A DNA stretch of 64,000 nucleotides from a virus. Its lineage: Duplodnaviria > Heunggongvirae > Uroviricota > Caudoviricetes. The stretch lies in the IMG/VR virus record IMGVR_UViG_3300034355_001008; one strand, written 5' to 3'. Position numbers and translations under genes: made by a program. Positions 57,709-64,000 of the stretch are shown piece after piece (position 1 is the stretch's first letter; each line of letters starts with the position of its first letter). The notes beneath the pieces were generated by a model. That model saw only the letters and a list, made by a program, of their open reading frames with translations. It did no database searches and was not told the origin of the DNA.

Positions 57709-58191
57709 ATGGAAATTTTATTAAAAGATACTCAACAAGTAATTACGGATATTGAATTTAAATTAATGTATCCAAATACAAGTTTTCCTCAGATTTTAAC
57801 AGAGGAAATTCTTGCTGAATATAACGCAGTTGTTATTATGGAAGGTCCTCAAGCCGTTCCAACAAATCCATATGAATATAGTTTTAGAAACGGCATTCAA
57901 GAAATTAATGGAAAATGGTTTACAAAATACGAAATCGGTCCAGTATTTGTAGATAATGATAATAAAACAGCAGAAGAACAACTTGCTGAATATAAATATA
58001 AAATAGATACTACATTTGCTAATAGTATAAGACAGCAAAGAAATCAATTATTAAAAGATTCTGATTGGACTCAAGTAGTTGATGCTACAGCAGATAAAAC
58101 TGCATGGTTAGCATATAGACAAGAATTGAGAGATATTACGACTCAAGAATCGTTTCCATTTGATATTCAATGGCCAGAACAACCAACTTAA
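57709..58191 (+). CDS. putative tail-fibre assembly/chaperone-like protein (paralogue of 49219-49659)
   Basis: See 49219-49659. Confidence 0.4.
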   Translation: MEILLKDTQQVITDIEFKLMYPNTSFPQILTEEILAEYNAVVIMEGPQAVPTNPYEYSFRNGIQEINGKWFTKYEIGPVFVDNDNKTAEEQLAEYKYKIDTTFANSIRQQRNQLLKDSDWTQVVDATADKTAWLAYRQELRDITTQESFPFDIQWPEQPT

Positions 58192-58204
58192 TATAGGAAT
58201 ATAG

Positions 58205-59758
58205 ATGTCTGTTAATCTTTCAAATATACTAAATGGCGGAACTTTACCTGCTGCTGGAGGGGGGACTGGATTAACATCATCTGGAAATACTGGCAATGTT
58301 TTAACGAGCACTGGATCTGGTTGGATTAGTTCAGCATTACCAACTGCTAACACAACAACGTTGGGTGGAGTTAAAGTTGATGGAACGACTATAGTTGCTA
58401 ATAATGGAATTATTAGCGCAAATGTTAGTTCCGGAGCAAGTGCAACCAAAACCATCTCAAACAAAACTGGCGCATACACAATTGTATCGGGTGACTTAGG
58501 TAAAATCATCAACTGCACTAGCGGTACATTTACCGTTAGCTTAACTGCCGCTGCGTCATTAGGTAGTGGGTTTACTTGTACGATTTGGAATACTGGTACG
58601 GGGGCAATTACGATTGACCCTAATGCGTCTGAAACAATTGATGGTGTCGCTACACTTATTTTGCGACAAGGTGAAGGTCTGGCTGTTGTGTGTAACGGCA
58701 CTAATTGGGAAACTGATGATAAGAAACCAATGCGGGGATATGCTGAGAATTTTGCAAAAACAGACACTAGACCATCAGTAGTAGCTGATGGGTCTGTGGC
58801 AATTGGTTGTAATGCGTCTTGTACGGCTGGTGGGTATTCTGTTGCATTAGGGGTAAATGCAACAACAAGTGATTCCTATAATACAGCCATCGGGCGTAAT
58901 GCAACTGCATCTACTACTAATGCAACTGCTATAGGTTCAAACTCAGCAAGTAACGGTTCACAAGCAGTAACAGGCGCAGGAGCAATGGCGTTAGGTGGTT
59001 CATACGCTTCCGGTACAGATAGTTTCGCTGCGGCTATTGGTAATAATACGAGTAGTTATGGGGCAATTGGAGCAAATGCTGTTGCGATTGGATACCTCTG
59101 CAAAGCAAGCAGCGGATCGTATTCCGTTTCAATAGGTAGAGAAAATGTTATAACTTGTTCTTTTGGAATTGGAATAGGTTATGGAAATATTGCTAATAAT
59201 GCTGATAATGGTACGGCTATTGGTTACACAAATACAGCGGCATATGGTTATGCAATAGGAAATAATAATTATGCTAATGGGTGGTATTCATTTGCGATGG
59301 GTTATAACGCAAAAACTTCTCAACTAGGAAAATATGCTTTTGCTAGTGGAACTATTGCAACACAAGGAGATGCCCAATACGGTAAAATGGTTCTTCGCGG
59401 AACGACTGGCGACGCTACTCCAAAAGTAATAACATCCGATGCTGGAACTGCTGGAACAACTAATCAAGTTGTATTACCAAATTCTGGTGTATTTACGTTT
59501 TCTATTTTAGTTACTGCAGTTAGAACTGTAGGCGAAGCCGCTGGATGGAAATTCGAGGGCGTTATCCTAAGAACAGGTTCTGCATCAGGAACTTCTATAG
59601 TTGATTATACAAAAACTGTTTTAGGTAAAACAACTTCATCTTGGGATTGCAACATTTCAGCAGATACAACAAATGGCGCATTAGCGGTAACTGTTACTGG
59701 AGCTGCATCGTCAACAAAATGGGTAGCTGTAGTAGATACAGCTGAAGTAATAGGTTGA
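58205..59758 (+). CDS. tail fibre-like protein, paralogue 3 (517 aa)
   Basis: Carries the conserved GSGFTCTIWNTG… and GAGAMALGGSYASGTDSFAAAIG cassettes. Confidence 0.6.
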   Translation: MSVNLSNILNGGTLPAAGGGTGLTSSGNTGNVLTSTGSGWISSALPTANTTTLGGVKVDGTTIVANNGIISANVSSGASATKTISNKTGAYTIVSGDLGKIINCTSGTFTVSLTAAASLGSGFTCTIWNTGTGAITIDPNASETIDGVATLILRQGEGLAVVCNGTNWETDDKKPMRGYAENFAKTDTRPSVVADGSVAIGCNASCTAGGYSVALGVNATTSDSYNTAIGRNATASTTNATAIGSNSASNGSQAVTGAGAMALGGSYASGTDSFAAAIGNNTSSYGAIGANAVAIGYLCKASSGSYSVSIGRENVITCSFGIGIGYGNIANNADNGTAIGYTNTAAYGYAIGNNNYANGWYSFAMGYNAKTSQLGKYAFASGTIATQGDAQYGKMVLRGTTGDATPKVITSDAGTAGTTNQVVLPNSGVFTFSILVTAVRTVGEAAGWKFEGVILRTGSASGTSIVDYTKTVLGKTTSSWDCNISADTTNGALAVTVTGAASSTKWVAVVDTAEVIG

Positions 59759-59775
59759 TATATTAAAGGATAATA

Positions 59776-61539
59776 ATGGCTATTAATTTCAATCATGCAA
59801 CAAATAATATAACAGCCGATTCCGGTAGCGTATCGCTAAATGGTGCTGTTCCGAGTTCAGGCGGCTCAACCAAAACCATCTCAAACAAAACTGGCGCATA
59901 CACAGTCGTAGCAGGTGATTTAGGCTCAATCATCAACTGTACGGCTAACAGCTTTACTGTCAGCTTAACTGCTGCTGCAACACTAGGTGCTGGGTTTACT
60001 TGTACGATTTGGAATACGTCTAATATATCAACAGACGCAATCACAATTGATCCTAATGCGTCTGAAACTATCGATGCAAAGTCGGTTCGTGTTTTAAGAA
60101 TTGGTGAAGGCTTAGACATAGTATGTGACGGTACAAATTGGGAAATTTCTTATAAAAAGACTATGCGCGGCTATACTGAAAACTACGATAAGAATGGAGA
60201 TAGACCGGTGGCTAGTGGTGATGGAGCTACAGCAATAGGCTATCAAACAACAGCTTCGGCAGTTAGGGGAGTTGCAATTGGTGCAAATTCTAACGGTAGC
60301 GGGTCAGTAGCAACAACAGGCGCAGGAGCAATGGCATTAGGCGGGTCTTATGCTTCTGGTACAGACAGCTTCGCAGCAGCTATTCTTAGTGCTTCAGGTA
60401 GTTATGGGGCGACTGGGGCGAATAGTGTTGCTATTGGGTATCAAAATAAATCAATGAGTCAAGGCGCTATAGCCATTGGATATGGGAATGTTGTTACTGC
60501 AATGGGTGGTTATCCTTTTTCATTAGCAATAGGATTTCAGAATACTGTTAGAGCTAATTGCATAGTATTGGGGACTTATAATAATATTCCAAATGGCGCT
60601 GGAGATGATTGTATAGCAATTGGCGGCAATCATACTAATAATACTCATCAAACCTTTAATTTTGGTCTTGGTAATACTACAACAGGTGCTGGTGCAATGG
60701 CATTGGGTTGGGGTGTATCTGTTACGTCTGCAAAATCAACTGGAATAGGTATGAACTCCGGTGGATTTGGGTCAGTTGCTATAACAGGGCAAGGCGCAAT
60801 GGCACTAGGCGGCTCTTACGCTAGCGGTACAGATAGTTTCGCAGCAGGTATTGGGAATAATAGCAGTAGTTATGGGGCAACCGGTGGCGGTAATAGTATT
60901 GCAATGGGATTCACAGCTAAGACCACATCTACTTCTGTATATTGCGGTATTGCTATTGGTTCAGTAGCTTATCAGAATAGTATTTATGGGGGGATTGCAA
61001 TTGGGTATCATACACTTGCATCGGGGTCGCAAACAACCGCAATTGGATATTATGCAAGTGCAACTGCGGATTATGCTACTGCTATTGGTGGAGCTAATGC
61101 TACCGCAGCGCAATCTGGAAAGATAGCTTTTGGGTCAGCATCCGGTTCAATTGCCCAAGCAGGTAAAATTGTACTAATTGCAACAGTATCATCACCTGCG
61201 GTAGTGCTTACATCTGATGGTGGCGCAGCATCAACAACTAACCAGCTTATTGTAGCGACAGGTCAATCAATGGCTATCCAAGGTACATTGATAGCTAAAC
61301 AATCTGGTAACGGTAATATAGCTGCATGGAATATTACAGGAGCTGTATCAAATAACGGTGGAACATTAACTAGTACGGGTTTAGCTTTAACACTTATTGG
61401 TACAGATTCAATAGGTTTAGTAGCTCCTACAATATCGTTAGACACTACAAATAAAGCCGTTAAAATAACGTCAGGTTCAAGTGGGGCATCAACAAGATAT
61501 GTCGCAACACTAAATACTTCCGAAGTCACTTACGCATAA
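59776..61539 (+). CDS. tail fibre-like protein, paralogue 4 (587 aa; GAGAMALGG cassette present twice)
   Basis: Cassette copies at ~60310 and ~60783. N-terminus parallels paralogue 3. Confidence 0.6.
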   Translation: MAINFNHATNNITADSGSVSLNGAVPSSGGSTKTISNKTGAYTVVAGDLGSIINCTANSFTVSLTAAATLGAGFTCTIWNTSNISTDAITIDPNASETIDAKSVRVLRIGEGLDIVCDGTNWEISYKKTMRGYTENYDKNGDRPVASGDGATAIGYQTTASAVRGVAIGANSNGSGSVATTGAGAMALGGSYASGTDSFAAAILSASGSYGATGANSVAIGYQNKSMSQGAIAIGYGNVVTAMGGYPFSLAIGFQNTVRANCIVLGTYNNIPNGAGDDCIAIGGNHTNNTHQTFNFGLGNTTTGAGAMALGWGVSVTSAKSTGIGMNSGGFGSVAITGQGAMALGGSYASGTDSFAAGIGNNSSSYGATGGGNSIAMGFTAKTTSTSVYCGIAIGSVAYQNSIYGGIAIGYHTLASGSQTTAIGYYASATADYATAIGGANATAAQSGKIAFGSASGSIAQAGKIVLIATVSSPAVVLTSDGGAASTTNQLIVATGQSMAIQGTLIAKQSGNGNIAAWNITGAVSNNGGTLTSTGLALTLIGTDSIGLVAPTISLDTTNKAVKITSGSSGASTRYVATLNTSEVTYA

Positions 61540-61569
61540 TCTCTTTCAACAACAAAACAGGAAACAACA

Positions 61570-61863
61570 ATGGCTATTCAAATTGATTTACAAACAAGCA
61601 ACTTCGGCATTCCTTTCGCTGGAGCGTATTTTCGTATCGTTACATCGTCTATTAGTCGTCAACGCAATTCACAATTTTCAGTGATGATTGATGTGGTAGG
61701 CTATGCACAAAAACCAACTAATGATGATACCAAAGACATTGACTTCAGACGCTACCACACGTCACTTTTAGAAATAGAAGCGCAAAATGGCACAGCATTC
61801 CTAGAAAAGTCATATAACTGGGTAGCATCACAAGCCGATATGGCGGGTTCTACTGCAGTTTAA
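61570..61863 (+). CDS. hypothetical protein
   Basis: 97-aa ORF with RBS ACAGGAAACA; followed by a terminator. Confidence 0.4.
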   Translation: MAIQIDLQTSNFGIPFAGAYFRIVTSSISRQRNSQFSVMIDVVGYAQKPTNDDTKDIDFRRYHTSLLEIEAQNGTAFLEKSYNWVASQADMAGSTAV

Positions 61864-61880
61864 TTTGAACCATGAAAAAA

Positions 61881-61902
61881 GGGAGCCGAAGCTCCCTTTT
61901 TA
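61881..61902. terminator. bidirectional rho-independent terminator (A6-GGGAGC-CGAA-GCTCCC-T6) between convergent genes
   Basis: 6-bp GC stem and tetraloop flanked by an A-run upstream and a T-run downstream, so it can terminate on either strand. Confidence 0.7.
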
Positions 61903-61905
61903 TTC

Positions 61906-62352
61906 TTAGTTATCCAGCTGGATAGATAAAGCAGATGCCGAGAATGTCGGAGCAGCGTCACCATCATTTACAGTCTTTTGTGTTGTTAAATTTCCATAAA
62001 ATAATAGATTTCCGCCAGTAGCAGCATCATACATTCCAAATGAAGTAATAACTCCCCAATTTCCTCCAGTTGGAACTGGAAACGTAATTGCATTAATGTT
62101 ATATGTTGTTCCAGACGTACCAGAACTTGCTGAAGTTGAGCTAGAACTATCAGTTCCGGACCAGTTTAATAGAGATGAAGCAATACGCACTCTAGAATAA
62201 CCTCCACCAGAAACTTCAACTTGTCCAGTATTTGCATCATTTGAACTTGTAGTTAATAATCCAATCCAGGTATTAGCTGGTGCTGTATATGCTTGTTGTC
62301 TAAAAATGTAATCAATTAATTTATTCTCAAGATAATTCGACATTGCGCTCAT
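61906..62352 (-). CDS. hypothetical Ser/Thr/Gly-rich protein (possibly structural)
   Basis: 148-aa ORF with a TATAAATA late box (- strand, 62364-62371) and GGAGTT RBS just upstream. Confidence 0.5.
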   Translation of the reverse strand: MSAMSNYLENKLIDYIFRQQAYTAPANTWIGLLTTSSNDANTGQVEVSGGGYSRVRIASSLLNWSGTDSSSSTSASSGTSGTTYNINAITFPVPTGGNWGVITSFGMYDAATGGNLLFYGNLTTQKTVNDGDAAPTFSASALSIQLDN

Positions 62353-62363
62353 GTATAACTCCT

Positions 62364-62371
62364 TATTTATA
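62364..62371 (-). promoter_or_regulatory. T4 late-promoter-like TATAAATA (- strand) upstream of 61906-62352
   Basis: tatttata on the + strand equals TATAAATA on the - strand, 12 nt upstream of the start codon. Confidence 0.35.
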
Positions 62372-62403
62372 TATTATTTAAAGTATTTAGTATTTAGTAT
62401 TTA

Positions 62404-63204
62404 TTACTTATGTTTAAGCGATTCTAAATATTCATCTGATTTCATATACGCACCTTTTGGTAATTTTAATCCGTTAGCTTTGTATAATTGTTTTATTTCT
62501 TGATAAATGGGTCTAGCTGCTTTTGATTTTTGAAATGTACCATGTAATCCTGGATTATTATTTACAAAAGCATTTTTTCCATTTTCAATTTGTTTATAAA
62601 CTGGGTTTGTATCCCCTAAGAAAAAATGCGTTCCATCTTTTATTTTTGCTTTAGATGGATGATTATCATTTAAAAAATTATGCGTGCCGTTTTTAAGTCT
62701 TTTTTGTGCTAATTCTCGCTGAAATTCCCCGCCAATCCAATGATGCGTTCTATCTTTAAGCCTTTTTTGTTGAATTTTTCTTTGAAATTCTCCACCAATC
62801 CAATGATGTGTTCCATCATTAACTCTTTTTTGTTGTATTTTTTTCTGTTGTTCAGAAGTTGTTCCGCCATCCAATCCATTTTCTAATTTTAAATTAGCCC
62901 ATTCTTTAGATTTAACTATATTATATTTTTCTGATAAATTTATTGCTGTAGCAACTAATATATTAATATCATTAAATAATTCGCACCATATTGTATCAAC
63001 ATCTCTGCCATGTTTTTTTAAATGGGATAACCAATAATCTCCAGATCCGTTATATTTAATTGGATTTTTACAATTAGTTTTACACAAATATTTTAAACCT
63101 GTTAATTTATGTTGTTTTATCATTAAATATGTTGGTTTAAAATTTTTTATTTGTTGTTCTGTTATATAAATATTTTCGCTAGACATTATTCCTCCATATT
63201 TCAT
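62404..63204 (-). CDS. GIY-YIG homing endonuclease (Seg-like) with tandem NUMOD-like DNA-binding repeats
   Basis: PTYLMIKQHKLTGLKYLCKT…YNGSG…HLKKHG is paralogous to 6245-6886. C-terminal KKIQQKRVNDGTHHWIGGEFQR appears twice, with further degenerate THNF/THFF copies. Confidence 0.7.
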   Translation of the reverse strand: MKYGGIMSSENIYITEQQIKNFKPTYLMIKQHKLTGLKYLCKTNCKNPIKYNGSGDYWLSHLKKHGRDVDTIWCELFNDINILVATAINLSEKYNIVKSKEWANLKLENGLDGGTTSEQQKKIQQKRVNDGTHHWIGGEFQRKIQQKRLKDRTHHWIGGEFQRELAQKRLKNGTHNFLNDNHPSKAKIKDGTHFFLGDTNPVYKQIENGKNAFVNNNPGLHGTFQKSKAARPIYQEIKQLYKANGLKLPKGAYMKSDEYLESLKHK

Positions 63205-63254
63205 AATGTTTAGTGCTGGTGGGATGTAGGAGTCCGCGACCAGCTTTTTTTTTG

Positions 63255-63797
63255 TTAAGTTGCTTTATTTACGGCAATAGAATTGCCTGCAGCAATGTCA
63301 AGTATATTAAGTCTGCCGTATGGCCATGGAGCGGTAACGGTTGTATAATTTGTATTAGAATTTGCTGTTGTTACTGCTAAAGTTGCAACATTAATCCAAT
63401 TTGTTTGATTAGTTGAAACTTGAATTACTACATTTGAACTTCCGCCTGTAGAAAATGCTTGTAATATCGCACTTGGGTAATTTGTAAAGCTAAATGTAAA
63501 TGTATCTTGCGGTCCAGTTAATCCTGATCCATAATTTGGAGTTTTAGCTGCAACTCCAGTATTAGCATATTGTGGATTTGAGAAATCAATAACAGCTGTA
63601 TTTCCTGATACAGAAACAACTCTTGATGCGTATCTTGCATCGTTGTTTGTAAAATACAATGTTAAATCATTGTTGGCAAGTAAATATGGGTTTGAGTCGA
63701 ATACAATCGATGTATTACTATAAATGTATACACCTTTTACAACTCTTGTTAATTCAGTAATCATCGTTATTATTCCTAAATATGAGGTAATTTTCAT
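63255..63797 (-). CDS. hypothetical Thr/Asn/Ser-rich protein (possibly structural)
   Basis: 180-aa ORF. Confidence 0.45.
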   Translation of the reverse strand: MKITSYLGIITMITELTRVVKGVYIYSNTSIVFDSNPYLLANNDLTLYFTNNDARYASRVVSVSGNTAVIDFSNPQYANTGVAAKTPNYGSGLTGPQDTFTFSFTNYPSAILQAFSTGGSSNVVIQVSTNQTNWINVATLAVTTANSNTNYTTVTAPWPYGRLNILDIAAGNSIAVNKAT

Positions 63798-63803
63798 ATT
63801 ATT

Positions 63804-63811
63804 TATAAATA
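63804..63811 (+). promoter_or_regulatory. T4 late-promoter-like TATAAATA upstream of 63832 ORF
   Basis: Exact TATAAATA 21 nt upstream of the ATG. Overlaps a reverse-strand TATAAATA (63800-63807). Confidence 0.3.
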
Positions 63812-63831
63812 ATAATAAACGGAGATAATTT

Positions 63832-64000
63832 ATGATAGAGATAATGACGACTTTAGAAGATCGTTATAAATTTTTGAAATTAATGTCTTTAGAGGAAAAT
63901 TACCAGCAATATATAACAAATACTACTGGTAATTTAAAAGAAGAGAAAAAACTAATAGAAGAATTACCTTCTGATGTTGTGTGGATAATGAAATGTTTTT
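63832..64000 (+). CDS. 5' end of a gene running off the window (hypothetical)
   Basis: ATG 63832 with RBS ACGGAGA. Open to the window end. Confidence 0.4.
   Translation, partial: MIEIMTTLEDRYKFLKLMSLEENYQQYITNTTGNLKEEKKLIEELPSDVVWIMKCF

Noticed and set aside
40882-61539. Diversity-generating retroelement acting on the fibre paralogues
   Set aside because: No reverse-transcriptase ORF is present, and there is no template/variable repeat pair with adenine-specific differences. The similarity between copies looks like ordinary paralogy or recombination cassettes.
63215-63253. Hairpin + T9 as a simple + strand rho-independent terminator
   Set aside because: There is no + strand gene upstream to terminate, since both neighbours are - strand. 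It is kept only as a possible regulatory hairpin for the endonuclease gene (see findings).

Overview
This window looks like a T4-like myovirus genome segment, AT-rich, with mostly + strand genes and a cyanophage/pelagiphage flavour. Family calls are from motifs read by eye in the ORF translations. No database search or tRNA scanner was run.

Main content, in order:
- Two tRNA blocks (Thr, Pro, one degenerate tRNA-like element, Asn, His, Glu, Trp, Met, Gly). Each block sits behind a perfect TTGACW-17-TATAAT promoter.
- A replisome block: gp45 clamp, gp44/gp62 clamp loader, RegA, gp43 polymerase, UvsX, gp41 helicase, gp61 primase.
- Nucleotide metabolism: dNMP kinase, dCMP deaminase, ThyX, MazG, NrdB, and an NrdA that lacks the ATP cone.
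- Hsp20, an SPFH/band-7 lipoprotein and a PAAR protein.
- Two paralogous full-length GIY-YIG homing endonucleases and one catalytic-domain-only GIY-YIG.

The most unusual parts:
(i) An 8-kb, tightly overlapping operon (14890-22915) fused to the 3' end of the helicase gene. It encodes a complete NDP-heptose pathway (SIS isomerase, GHMP kinase, HAD phosphatase fused to a HIGH-motif nucleotidyltransferase, epimerase, 4,6-dehydratase) plus at least four glycosyltransferases. Two more glycosyltransferases lie beside the tRNAs.
(ii) A ligase, HIGH-motif nucleotidyltransferase and P-loop kinase trio (22961-25570) that resembles an RNA-repair or counter-defence module.
(iii) A repeat-rich non-coding island (36480-37134), followed by an inverted (- strand) gene for a 1044-aa tandem-repeat Ser/Thr/Ala-rich protein.
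(iv) A 21-kb fibre region with a twice-duplicated four-gene module: fibre, ~116-aa protein, 1772/1931-aa giant protein with about 8-9 LamG-like repeats, and a tail-fibre-assembly-like protein. Two further fibre paralogues follow. All share near-identical nucleotide cassettes.
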